Virus record (IMG/VR): IMGVR_UViG_3300032116_000002
Length of the DNA: 64,000 nt
Origin: a virus
Taxonomy: Duplodnaviria; Caudoviricetes
Reading direction: 5' to 3' (one strand)
The notes beneath the pieces were generated by a model. It worked only from the letters and a program-made list of their open reading frames with translations, was not told the origin of the DNA and searched no databases. A program made the translations under genes and the position numbers. Of this stretch, positions 10,080 to 19,096 are shown in pieces. Within the stretch, counting starts at the first letter, position 1, and every line of letters starts with the position of its first letter.

Positions 10080-10233
10080 TTTTATTCCTCTTATACCATC
10101 TGTAAGGGGTTACGGCGACGCAAGTGTGCGAGTGCCTGCTCTTTGCTATCAAACCTTCCTGAGATCGGGGTTTGATGACGACCACGCACAATGTACCATC
10201 CGTTCAGTAATTTATTGAATACGATTTTCATAA

Positions 10234-10506
10234 TTACATACTCCAGTAAGTTTCGCTGGACGGGCTGCAATAGTAAGGAGTGTCGTAACGCTCCTGAAAC
10301 TCTTTACCATTCATCATGTTTTTGCGGGTGATATAAGTTTCAAAAACTTCAACAATAAAACCCAACTTACGCTTGCCTTCAGCAACCGCTTGGATGTAAT
10401 CTTTGGTGCTAGGAGCAAAATCTTGTTTTGCATACAAGCGGCGACCTTCTTTGGTACGCTTGTCAGACTTGTAAATCTCAAGAGTGTATTCGGTAAGCTT
10501 CGACAT
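10234..10506 (-). CDS. Hypothetical phage protein
   Basis: SD AGGAG; first ORF after promoter 10537-10565. Confidence 0.75.
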   Translation of the reverse strand: MSKLTEYTLEIYKSDKRTKEGRRLYAKQDFAPSTKDYIQAVAEGKRKLGFIVEVFETYITRKNMMNGKEFQERYDTPYYCSPSSETYWSM

Positions 10507-10536
10507 TTACTTCTCCTTATCAGTGACTATAACGAT

Positions 10537-10565
10537 AGTATATCGCCAGTTGGATTTATTGTCAA
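10537..10565 (-). promoter_or_regulatory. Sigma70-type promoter TTGACA-N17-TATACT
   Basis: Spacer starts ATAAATCC. Confidence 0.85.
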
Positions 10566-10753
10566 GTTTCGGGTGAATATTTTTTGTGTTTTTGTTGTCT
10601 TTTATACAACATTTTGCTTTTGACAACTTTGGGTTTGAATGGGAGGTCGTTATCAAAAAGAACACGGTGTGCCCTAGTTTTGATGGGTGTTACAAAAGTG
10701 ACAACTTCTCGTTTCATGATAGTAAAATAATAACATCTATTTATGATACCATC

Positions 10754-10782
10754 ATTATAATACTAATTGGATTTATTGTCAA
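10754..10782 (-). promoter_or_regulatory. Sigma70-type promoter TTGACA-N17-TATAAT
   Basis: Perfect consensus; spacer starts ATAAATCC. Confidence 0.9.
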
Positions 10783-11078
10783 CCAATTGCAAACTGTACT
10801 TGTTTTACACTTTTGACAACAAAACTTCTCCAGCCCATTGCTTCAACATCATACACGGCTATTGAGTTTTCGGGAGTTGCTTTGGGCTTTCTGTTCTCGT
10901 TAACTACAGTAGGAGGGAGTAGCATTGGATCAAGTGTGCATTTCATCACCCGTTCAGTGCCATCTTTTTTCATAAAGGTGACAGTAACGGTTGTTTCTTT
11001 TAGCACACCTGATATCCAAGTTTTGAAGGTACTCCACTCAACGTCTGTCCATGAACTTGCTGGCGTAACATTATTCAT
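10779..11078 (-). CDS. WYL_2/Sm-like SH3-fold protein
   Basis: VTVTFMKKDGTERVMKCTL and VYDVEAMGWRSF motifs. Confidence 0.75.
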   Translation of the reverse strand: MNNVTPASSWTDVEWSTFKTWISGVLKETTVTVTFMKKDGTERVMKCTLDPMLLPPTVVNENRKPKATPENSIAVYDVEAMGWRSFVVKSVKQVQFAIG

Positions 11079-11386
11079 TGCTCAACTCCAATTTCTTCAC
11101 AGGCTTCGTTGACTTTAAACATATCGTCAAAGAATCTATATCCATCTTCTAACAGTCTGCGAGTATAAAATTTATTAAAGAAAAATGCCAGCATTATTTG
11201 TACAGGCAACCAAGTTAATGTAACTACTCCAAATATCCATATGGCAAAGTGTACCAATGCCATTGAATAGTGGCCTCTGAGCAGAGGTACCCAGAAGCCA
11301 AAAAATAAATAGGTCCAACTGAACCCATAATAACCACGCTTTACAATACCCGTAGTAGGGTGACGCATTCTAATTGATTTTGCCAT
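11075..11386 (-). CDS. Membrane protein, HrgC-like
   Basis: GYYGFSWTYLFFGFWVPLLRG motif, two hydrophobic segments. Confidence 0.6.
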   Translation of the reverse strand: MAKSIRMRHPTTGIVKRGYYGFSWTYLFFGFWVPLLRGHYSMALVHFAIWIFGVVTLTWLPVQIMLAFFFNKFYTRRLLEDGYRFFDDMFKVNEACEEIGVEQ

Positions 11387-11823
11387 TATTCTTTCATAGG
11401 TGTAAAAAATGCGGTCTTAATTTTTTCAGGTGTCCATGACTTTAAGTAGTCATTGTCACTATAACAAAGTTTGACTGCTTCTTCCTCTGAAATAACACGA
11501 TGACTAGATATTGTCTCGCCCAAATGTAGTTGACTGAATTCTTTTGCTTCTTCCATAGTTACAGTATCAAGTGCCCATTCTGCTTTACCAATTGGTACTT
11601 CTATACAGTATCTATGCCTGAACATTTGAACAGTTTCAACCAAGACCCACTCTGTATTTACACTTTTTTCAATTTTTGAGAGGATTACGGTTCCGTCTTC
11701 TTCAATGTCCCATTTAAGTTCATCACCCTCTTTCCAGTTAAGGTCTTGGATCATTTGATCAGGGAGCTGAACAACGGCGTCACCATCTTCGTTTGTAAAT
11801 ACTTCAAGTTGTCCGAATTTCAT
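11386..11823 (-). CDS. AbrB/MazE-like DNA-binding domain protein
   Basis: N-terminal DAVVQLPDQMIQDLNWKEGDELKWDIEEDGTVILSK. Confidence 0.65.
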   Translation of the reverse strand: MKFGQLEVFTNEDGDAVVQLPDQMIQDLNWKEGDELKWDIEEDGTVILSKIEKSVNTEWVLVETVQMFRHRYCIEVPIGKAEWALDTVTMEEAKEFSQLHLGETISSHRVISEEEAVKLCYSDNDYLKSWTPEKIKTAFFTPMKE

Positions 11824-11952
11824 TTTATATATTCCTCTGCGTATCTTAAGGCTAATTCATAGTTCTCAAAATTACTCACAAAACTATGACCCATATCATT
11901 AGTGACAACGACAAAGAATTTCTTGTCATTTTCTTTGAACAAAATACTACGC

Positions 11953-12222
11953 TTATTGCTCGTCTGGAATATCTGTAGTGGTTTCATAATCGTATAAACT
12001 TTGCTTCCAATCAGCTCCTACATAATATTCAAGTAATATTTCCATTGCTTTTTTATAGCGTTTGTTTGCCTTTAAATCTTCTTTTTGATAGGGCTTCAAA
12101 TTTTCTTTACTATCTTTTAAATTTCTAATATCACTCTTTAGATTTTTGTAATCCTGAATCATAACACTACGAAAAATGCTATCTACTGCATCACTGGTAA
12201 GTTCAACCTTCAACATTGTCAT
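11953..12222 (-). CDS. Hypothetical phage protein
   Basis: Packed ORF. Confidence 0.65.
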   Translation of the reverse strand: MTMLKVELTSDAVDSIFRSVMIQDYKNLKSDIRNLKDSKENLKPYQKEDLKANKRYKKAMEILLEYYVGADWKQSLYDYETTTDIPDEQ

Positions 12223-12751
12223 CTCCTTCTAGTTGGATTTCATTAAGTTCTTGTTTAATTTTGGCATAGCGTTCTTCACGTTCTTTTTCTTCTTTAATTC
12301 CATGCTCAGTCAATTCTACATCACTTTCGCAATAAGGACAAATCTTTCGGGGGTCATCAATCTCATTGCCCTCTTTATCTTCCCAAGACCATTGTGCATC
12401 ATAGCTTTGTCCATTCCATTTACACTTAGTACATTTATGTGTAGGTTCTGGTGGGGGAGGTTCGTGATGCCAGCTATCCTCATCTCCGTACTCGTATGTA
12501 ATTTCATATCCGCCTTTGCGGTCTGTCCACCAATCATCATATTGGCGTTCCCACTCTAACTCTACATCATTATTCCAGGCGTCTTGTATAATTGATTCTA
12601 TATCGGCTTCACCTGATTCTACTTCTTGCCAAAGTTTTTCTAGTTCATCTTCATCATAATCTGGATAAATTTCTTCTAGTGTATCCTTTGTAAATTCAAT
12701 TGCAAATTGACTATCAACTTGATGCCATTCATGTTTAACTAGAGTTACCAT
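12203..12751 (-). CDS. Acidic hypothetical protein with CxxC...CxxC zinc ribbon
   Basis: CTKC and CPYC. Confidence 0.7.
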   Translation of the reverse strand: MVTLVKHEWHQVDSQFAIEFTKDTLEEIYPDYDEDELEKLWQEVESGEADIESIIQDAWNNDVELEWERQYDDWWTDRKGGYEITYEYGDEDSWHHEPPPPEPTHKCTKCKWNGQSYDAQWSWEDKEGNEIDDPRKICPYCESDVELTEHGIKEEKEREERYAKIKQELNEIQLEGDDNVEG

Positions 12752-12760
12752 ATTTTTCCT

Positions 12761-13072
12761 TTAGGCTGTGAACCATTCATCTTGGTCTTGTGTTATAAGT
12801 GTTTCTGCTCCATCATACTCATCAATACGAAACTTTGTACCTTCGGGTACCCAGTATATGCCCAATCCTTCAACGCCACCGAAATAATGATCGTCACCAT
12901 AAAACTTTTCGCAATGTGCTAAAATTCTATCATGTGGCCAGTCAAGTTCAATCATTTTGACAACATCAGGATCAAACAACAATTCGGGAATGTGATGCCA
13001 TGAATACCATCCAGCACCAAACCCTGCTGATACTAATACAGCAACTTTTCCATCTCTTATTAACTTGTTCAT
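12761..13072 (-). CDS. Conserved phage hypothetical protein
   Basis: GFGAGWYSW and FRIDEYDGAE motifs. Confidence 0.7.
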   Translation of the reverse strand: MNKLIRDGKVAVLVSAGFGAGWYSWHHIPELLFDPDVVKMIELDWPHDRILAHCEKFYGDDHYFGGVEGLGIYWVPEGTKFRIDEYDGAETLITQDQDEWFTA

Positions 13073-13073
13073 T

Positions 13074-13280
13074 TTATTGTTTTTTCAACCTCGCACACTT
13101 AGCCTTGACTTCAATAGGTGTGTTATCTAATTTTTCTGCTAATTCACAATCATAGGTTACGCTATATTTTTCAATATCGTTTAATCTTAACCAACTATAA
13201 ACACCGAAACCGAAAAATAGTAGCCATGAAACTACCAAGGCACAAGTGGTAAGGAACAACTGCATTTGTAATCTACGCAT
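13074..13280 (-). CDS. Small membrane-anchored protein
   Basis: N-terminal TM segment, two Cys. Confidence 0.6.
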   Translation of the reverse strand: MRRLQMQLFLTTCALVVSWLLFFGFGVYSWLRLNDIEKYSVTYDCELAEKLDNTPIEVKAKCARLKKQ

Positions 13281-13300
13281 AATGCTATTGTACTATAATT

Positions 13301-13615
13301 TTATTTAAAAGTATTGAGTTTTGGGCAATATTGTTTGAGTAATTCTAGTTCACGCTGGTGCGCTTCTGCTTTACCGCGCACAATTTCAACAACACCATAA
13401 TTGAATGCACTAGTACCATGCTTGCGAATACTATTATACAATGCCCAATCTTTGTTTTCAGCAAATGCTCGTTGGACATGCTTGCGTATGCGTACATGTA
13501 GTGATTTTTTGACCGTACTATTCTTATTTGTAATACCAATGTACTGCTCGTTTGTTGCAGTATTAGTAATTACATAAATGATATGATTACGATCTGATCT
13601 GCGTTTTCTAGTCAT
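13301..13615 (-). CDS. GIY-YIG endonuclease (catalytic domain only)
   Basis: IIYVITN...QYIG, conserved Arg, E-x(11)-N at the C-terminus. Confidence 0.8.
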   Translation of the reverse strand: MTRKRRSDRNHIIYVITNTATNEQYIGITNKNSTVKKSLHVRIRKHVQRAFAENKDWALYNSIRKHGTSAFNYGVVEIVRGKAEAHQRELELLKQYCPKLNTFK

Positions 13616-13621
13616 GCCAAC

Positions 13622-13650
13622 ATTATAGCACTAACCGGATTTATTGTCAA
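13622..13650 (-). promoter_or_regulatory. Sigma70-type promoter TTGACA-N17-TATAAT
   Basis: Perfect consensus 7 nt from the GIY-YIG ATG; the transcript would be leaderless or nearly so. Confidence 0.9.
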
Positions 13651-14101
13651 GTTTGGCTAAATGTTTCTTATTTGCTAACTCTAGGGCTTCTGTTAACAAT
13701 TTGTTAACACGGTTATCTACATCTATTTCCCACGGGCAATTTTTGTACTCGTCATAATCAATCTGATCTGGAGGCTTATTGTAGTATGGTATTCCACGCC
13801 AATAATATACACCTTGCTTAATTTCTAGTAGCTTGGTGTGTCTTTGGTTAACATGTATCAATTCATGTACTAGGATAGTAGGAATTTCATTTGCCTGAAG
13901 TGTACTGTTTATGCCAATTCTATAATAAATGTTTTTGTCAACACCACCGTAAACTTCATTTGGTAAATCGTATAAACAAATTTCTAGTGAATTGGGTAAT
14001 TCGATGAGGGTAGAAACTGCATCAACAATACTTGTGATAACAGTTTCTATGAGATGGGTTTTGTGAGTATTTCTGTAATAGAACTTTACTTGTGTTGCCA
14101 C
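13631..14101 (-). CDS. Putative zinc metallopeptidase (HExxH)
   Basis: ILVHELIHVNQ and downstream PWE motif. Confidence 0.65.
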   Translation of the reverse strand: MATQVKFYYRNTHKTHLIETVITSIVDAVSTLIELPNSLEICLYDLPNEVYGGVDKNIYYRIGINSTLQANEIPTILVHELIHVNQRHTKLLEIKQGVYYWRGIPYYNKPPDQIDYDEYKNCPWEIDVDNRVNKLLTEALELANKKHLAKLDNKSG

Positions 14102-14391
14102 TAGTGCAAGGTCCTGTTGTTTACAAAATCAACATATTGTTCTACTTGCTCTACTAGGTCTTCCTTACTATAACCTAATTGTGCAAGTAGTGGGAGAACT
14201 TCTATAAACAACCCAAATGTGGCAGTTCCGTATATGTAGTTTTCATCTTCATTGCCATAATCAAAATCTTGTATTAATGGCATGATAGTATTTTCTATAA
14301 ACTCACTAGCTTTTTTACCGCTTTCTTCATACTGCCAATCTTCATATGCTTCTTCTTCTATTTCTTGTATTACATCATTGGCTTTTGTCAT
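14101..14391 (-). CDS. Acidic hypothetical protein
   Basis: Stop/start overlap with the next gene. Confidence 0.65.
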   Translation of the reverse strand: MTKANDVIQEIEEEAYEDWQYEESGKKASEFIENTIMPLIQDFDYGNEDENYIYGTATFGLFIEVLPLLAQLGYSKEDLVEQVEQYVDFVNNRTLH

Positions 14392-14427
14392 GTTAGTCTT
14401 TCATAAGAATTACTACTATATATCTAT

Positions 14428-15318
14428 TTAGACTGAACCGTAATTATGTATGGTTTTCATTGATTTTTCTATAAGATAGCTTCTTTCCTTACTGGACCTT
14501 GCACCAAGTATGACCACATTGAAAAGTTTATTTTCTGAGTTTACTAGCATTGTTATACAAAATCCAGCAGCGTTTGTAAAGCCTGTTTTGATAGTCACTA
14601 TGCCCTCTTTACCGAACATAGTACTTGTAGGTCTAGCACGAATTTTATAAGTTTTCTTGCCCTTCGTTGCAGTTACGGTTACGTTTTCCATACTTGCTGC
14701 TTCACGAAAGATTGTATAATAACTCGCTGCTTTAGTGAGTTGAGTTATGTCTGTCAGTGTACTTCTATTATTGGCGTCAAGCCCAGTTGGTTCATAAAAA
14801 ACTGTATTGTGCATGCCGAGTTCTCTAGCATTCTTATTCATCTCATATATGAATGCGTCGAACCCGCCTGGATAATTTTGTGCCAATGTCATTGCTGCCA
14901 AATTATCACTATGTACTAAACTTAGTTTAACTAAATCTATTCTGGTAAGTTGCATACCTTTAGATAATCTAGTATGATTACCTAAACTACTTTGCACTGT
15001 GATAACTTCATTTAGATTTTGATTATTTTTAACTACAGTGTATACCGTCATTAATTTACTAATGCTGGCAATACTTGATCTGGCATAATTATCTTGGTTA
15101 CCTTGTACAATAGAATTATCAGTTAGGTTAACTAATAATACATTTGCGGTAGTGTTGATGTACTTTGGCTGTTGCAATTTTGGTTTGCGTTTTGCCTTTT
15201 TGTACACAGATTTATGCACATATTGCTTTTTCTTTACTGGCTTGCGAACTTCTTTCGCATCGATAGCCGTACTAAAAGCCAATAATAGTGTTGTTAATAT
15301 TAAAAAAATCTTCTTCAT
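14428..15318 (-). CDS. Peptidase S11 penicillin-binding protein (PBP7/PbpG-like D,D-endo/carboxypeptidase)
   Basis: Signal peptide, basic linker, SIASISK (SxxK), HSDN (SxN), KTG; no C-terminal PBP5 domain. Confidence 0.9.
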   Translation of the reverse strand: MKKIFLILTTLLLAFSTAIDAKEVRKPVKKKQYVHKSVYKKAKRKPKLQQPKYINTTANVLLVNLTDNSIVQGNQDNYARSSIASISKLMTVYTVVKNNQNLNEVITVQSSLGNHTRLSKGMQLTRIDLVKLSLVHSDNLAAMTLAQNYPGGFDAFIYEMNKNARELGMHNTVFYEPTGLDANNRSTLTDITQLTKAASYYTIFREAASMENVTVTATKGKKTYKIRARPTSTMFGKEGIVTIKTGFTNAAGFCITMLVNSENKLFNVVILGARSSKERSYLIEKSMKTIHNYGSV

Positions 15319-15571
15319 AGAGTATTTGTCACTATCAAACCCTTATTATAAACGCATTTTTTACGCATGTCAAACATAAAGGTTTGGTAAAAATATAAAT
15401 GTTCCGTTGTAATTGTTTAGTGTGTAGGGTTACTGTATTATTACATTCAGTTGCGCAGAAGAAACAAACAATTACAAACGAAAAAAGGTGTTCTGAAGTA
15501 CTATATGTACTATAGCTGATGAACCATACAGTAATACTGTCTTAAGTACTATTATAATATAAGGATTCACC

Positions 15572-16279
15572 GTGATTAACTTTACAAAGCCCGTTCATTT
15601 ATATTTTACCCGTGAAGAAGATTTAGAAGAACTATGCACAACAGAAGAACTCATACAGAAGATTGATTCTATGTCTCGACAAGTAATCATGTGTACCAGC
15701 TGGTCAGAATTACCTGATAAGCTAAAACTTAATCCACTGTCTATTTGTTTTAACTATAGAGAACTAGCACACAGTTCAGCAATGGAAATAGTAAACATGG
15801 TTAAAACAATGAGCAAATTAGTTAATTTGCCCTACGAAATAAAACTATCTGTTGATGTTGGAAAAGACACCCCCTACAACACAATTAAATTATTACAAAA
15901 AAGTGATATTTTAGGAATAATACCTCGTCCTTCTGACTTTGGTTGGGATGAGTGCTTGAAAGGTGCGAATGCTTTATGGTCAAACATCCCTTACTGGCCT
16001 AAACACATACTTGAAAAATTGCCAGGTAATAAGTTAAAAAATACAAATTTACAAGCGGTCTCAAATCATATTAAATTGACAGCTCGACAACAACAAATTT
16101 ATTCGTTAGTTTCAACAAGAGGCGCAAGCAATAAAGTTATTGCTAAAACCCTAAACATCAGTGAAAGCACAGTTAAGCTTCATGTAAGTGCAATACTCAA
16201 AAAATACGGTGTTCGTAATCGTACACAATTAGCAGTATTTGCAGGTAATCATGGACTAGTAAAAGCTAGACTTCAGTAG
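15572..16279 (+). CDS. LuxR/NarL-type HTH transcriptional regulator
   Basis: C-terminal LTARQQQI..GASNKVIAKTLNISESTVKLHVSAILKKYGVRNRTQL; N-terminal region is a degenerate receiver-like domain. Confidence 0.85.
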   Translation: MINFTKPVHLYFTREEDLEELCTTEELIQKIDSMSRQVIMCTSWSELPDKLKLNPLSICFNYRELAHSSAMEIVNMVKTMSKLVNLPYEIKLSVDVGKDTPYNTIKLLQKSDILGIIPRPSDFGWDECLKGANALWSNIPYWPKHILEKLPGNKLKNTNLQAVSNHIKLTARQQQIYSLVSTRGASNKVIAKTLNISESTVKLHVSAILKKYGVRNRTQLAVFAGNHGLVKARLQ

Positions 16280-16327
16280 TAAATCTATAGTACTGCCCAA
16301 AACAACATTCTATTCTTTAAATATTTT

Positions 16328-16363
16328 TACAGCGAGTGAAAGGTTCATTCGCTGTAGTTTTTT
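16328..16363 (+). terminator. Intrinsic terminator after luxR-type gene
   Basis: TACAGCGAGTGAA-AGG-TTCATTCGCTGTA followed by a T-run. Confidence 0.75.
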
Positions 16364-16390
16364 CATTTTAATTAGAATAGGAATAATAAA

Positions 16391-16996
16391 ATGGCAATTG
16401 AAGATATGGTAAATGATGTTCGTTTTGAACAACAAGCTCAAGCCTCTGAAATTATCAAAGAGGGATTAAAAGAATCTTACAACACCCAAGGAGCAATTAA
16501 AGACTCTCGTTTTGATTTAAATGCTCGTATAGGTAGCTTAGGCGACCTGGTAGATAACCGCTTCTTTGATGTTGGTCGTGATACGCAAGATATTCGTGCG
16601 CAAATCATCTCAGCACAACAAGCAATGGTAACAGGGTTTTTAGGTTCTCAGAAAGATGCTGAAATCAATGCACTTAGAACACAAGTTGAACTATCTAAGC
16701 AAACAACTTATCTAAGCGATAAGATTGATGCTGGTAATGCAAAAACCCAAGACTTAATCAATGCATTAAGACAAGCCGACCAAGATCGTTATTTAATAGA
16801 GCGCAACACTGAATTAGTTGCTGCACTAGATGATAATCGTTTTTGGAGACATCGTTGGGACGATGGTCAATGGCAATCATTGAACACACGCCTACAGGCT
16901 TTTCAAAGTGATTTAGCTGATACTCGTCAGGGTATGGTTAACTTTGGTACAATGGCAGGTGTTGGTCAATCATCAACACAAAATCAGGTTCGCTAA
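16391..16996 (+). CDS. Hypothetical coiled-coil protein
   Basis: SD AGGA; Q/A/D-rich helical sequence ending [21 protein letters not shown]. Confidence 0.8.
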   Translation: MAIEDMVNDVRFEQQAQASEIIKEGLKESYNTQGAIKDSRFDLNARIGSLGDLVDNRFFDVGRDTQDIRAQIISAQQAMVTGFLGSQKDAEINALRTQVELSKQTTYLSDKIDAGNAKTQDLINALRQADQDRYLIERNTELVAALDDNRFWRHRWDDGQWQSLNTRLQAFQSDLADTRQGMVNFGTMAGVGQSSTQNQVR

Positions 16997-17006
16997 TTAT
17001 ACCTGT

Positions 17007-17026
17007 AAGGGCAGGCAACTGCCCTT
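17007..17026 (+). other. Intergenic GNRA hairpin
   Basis: AAGGGCAG-GCAA-CTGCCCTT, 8-bp stem; terminator or mRNA stabiliser. Confidence 0.6.
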
Positions 17027-17039
17027 CTTTGTACATACT

Positions 17040-17600
17040 ATGAATCCTCTAGACAGAAAACTAATAGAAATTTATAATTATCTTCATAGATTACAATCTG
17101 AAGATTATATGTACGCCATACAGGCATTACAATACGCTGAAAACTATAATACTAATGGGAGCGATATAATAAATGTCGAATCAAACATTCCCGGACCCCC
17201 AGGGCCACCAGGACCTCAAGGACCTCAAGGACCGAGTGGACCACCTGGAGAACAAGGCCCTAAAGGTGAACCAGGACCTCCAGGACCTATTGGCCCACCT
17301 GGAGAGTGTGCTTGCAAATGCAAGGCAATTTTGGTATCGCAAGACTATGTTGCTACATTGGATGATAATTATATTGGTGTTAATAGTACTGGACCGGTTA
17401 CTATCACACTTCCCGCAAATTGTACAGATTGCTGCCAAATTACTGTGAAAGCAGAAATGGGACCGCCACTAGGAAATCGTAAAATAACAATCAACACAAT
17501 CGATGAAGCCACTATAGACGGAGATGACGATTACGTAATGAGTATTCCATACGAATCTGTTCAATTAATCTGTAGGGGTGGAAACTGGCACATAATATAA
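17040..17600 (+). CDS. Collagen-like protein with C-terminal globular domain
   Basis: About 12 Gly-X-Y triplets ([11 protein letters not shown]...) then CACKC; ATG at 17040 preferred over 16944. Confidence 0.85.
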   Translation: MNPLDRKLIEIYNYLHRLQSEDYMYAIQALQYAENYNTNGSDIINVESNIPGPPGPPGPQGPQGPSGPPGEQGPKGEPGPPGPIGPPGECACKCKAILVSQDYVATLDDNYIGVNSTGPVTITLPANCTDCCQITVKAEMGPPLGNRKITINTIDEATIDGDDDYVMSIPYESVQLICRGGNWHII

Positions 17601-17611
17601 AGGAGCTAAAA

Positions 17612-17839
17612 ATGGATTATTATAGTTATTACAAATACACAAGACCACATGATTATGATTACTATGGATATCGTAGATACCCATATAGATATTACCCAAT
17701 ACATAGACCGTATCCATATTACTACGGAGGATATGGAGGCATCTATGGTAGTAACATATCAAGCATAAATCAAAGTTTAATAAATTCTGGTTCGATGAGC
17801 AATGTTTATCAAAATGCTTTAATAAATCAATTAAGATAA
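17612..17839 (+). CDS. Small Tyr-rich protein
   Basis: SD AAGGAG; Tyr-rich low-complexity N-half. Confidence 0.7.
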   Translation: MDYYSYYKYTRPHDYDYYGYRRYPYRYYPIHRPYPYYYGGYGGIYGSNISSINQSLINSGSMSNVYQNALINQLR

Positions 17840-17854
17840 AAAAGGATAACAAGA

Positions 17855-18592
17855 ATGTCATACCTTTCAAACCCAACAAGTAAAACAGAATATGGTGTAG
17901 TACAAGTAGGTGATTTCATTAATGTACTTGATGGTATCATTTCATTAGAGCAAGACTTAGGCCCTAATGCTAATGTTACATTCAACAACGCTAATGTAAC
18001 CAATCAATTAACTACACTAAACGCTAATGTAACAAACAATTTATATGCAGCAGGAAATTTAGTTTTAACTGCCGTAGACCCTAATGCAGGAGATGGCATC
18101 AACATTTCTAATGTAGGTACTAATGGCTACACTTCATTCTTTACCGTAACTAACACAGGTGTACTAAGCCTGGCAAACGGTGCAGGTATATCAACATCAA
18201 GCGGTAACGGTAATGTAACTATAACTAACACCGGTGTGTTAAGTTTAACAGCAGGTCCTGGTATTAGTTTAACAGGAGCTACTGGTAATATTACTATATC
18301 TGCGACTGGAGCAGACCTAATTAGTGTACTAGGTGTTACTGGTAACTACACTGCTACACTCAATGACGAATACATCGGGGTGTACAGTGCTGCAGCCGTT
18401 ACTATCACACTACCAACAGGAGTCAACGGTCGTGTGTACTACATCAAAGATGAATATGGACAAGGTAGCGGTAAGATAACTATTCAACCACAAGCTGGTG
18501 AAAAGGTTGATAATAAAACTAATTACGTTATCAGTGTGCCTAACCAAAGTGTCAATGTGGTGTTTCGTGCTGGATCTTGGTGGATAATTTAA
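17855..18592 (+). CDS. Fibre-like protein sharing a C-terminal domain with the collagen-like protein
   Basis: VTNTGVLSL repeats (cf. ITNTGVTKI in gene 353); C-terminus aligns with that of 17040-17600. Confidence 0.75.
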   Translation: MSYLSNPTSKTEYGVVQVGDFINVLDGIISLEQDLGPNANVTFNNANVTNQLTTLNANVTNNLYAAGNLVLTAVDPNAGDGINISNVGTNGYTSFFTVTNTGVLSLANGAGISTSSGNGNVTITNTGVLSLTAGPGISLTGATGNITISATGADLISVLGVTGNYTATLNDEYIGVYSAAAVTITLPTGVNGRVYYIKDEYGQGSGKITIQPQAGEKVDNKTNYVISVPNQSVNVVFRAGSWWII

Positions 18593-18604
18593 TTGAGGTT
18601 ATAA

Positions 18605-19087
18605 ATGTCACTTTTAAGTAATTTAACTCCCATGACGAAAGAAAGACTAGAATTGTTAAGAATGGCAAAAGAAATGCTTTTCAATGAATACATTGACAGA
18701 AAAGCACAACTTCATAATACATGGTTAACAGAGGCAGATGTTGCTTGGAAAACAAGAAGGGTAAGAATTCCTTACCCCGCATTTCCTCCCTACCCTGACA
18801 ACGAAATAATTATTGCTAAAGCAATACAATTAGAAAGATTTTTGAGTAGTCAGGAAAAAGAAGAAACACCTGTCGAAAATAAACAACCAGAAGTTCAGGT
18901 GCAAGTGGAAACAGTTGAACCTAAAATAATAGAAACCAAAACAGTTGAAGAAGTAAAAGAAGAAAAGGTTTCTAGTATAGTACCAACTATATTAGAAGAA
19001 AATGCGTATTTCAAGAATGGAGAAGATTCTAAAGAAATATTAGCTGATAAACCAAGTTTGTTACCAAACTGGTTCGCAAGAAAATAA
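18605..19087 (+). CDS. Hypothetical protein
   Basis: SD GAGG; RLELLRMAKEML N-terminus, Glu-rich tail. Confidence 0.75.
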   Translation: MSLLSNLTPMTKERLELLRMAKEMLFNEYIDRKAQLHNTWLTEADVAWKTRRVRIPYPAFPPYPDNEIIIAKAIQLERFLSSQEKEETPVENKQPEVQVQVETVEPKIIETKTVEEVKEEKVSSIVPTILEENAYFKNGEDSKEILADKPSLLPNWFARK

Positions 19088-19096
19088 GGAGATAAC

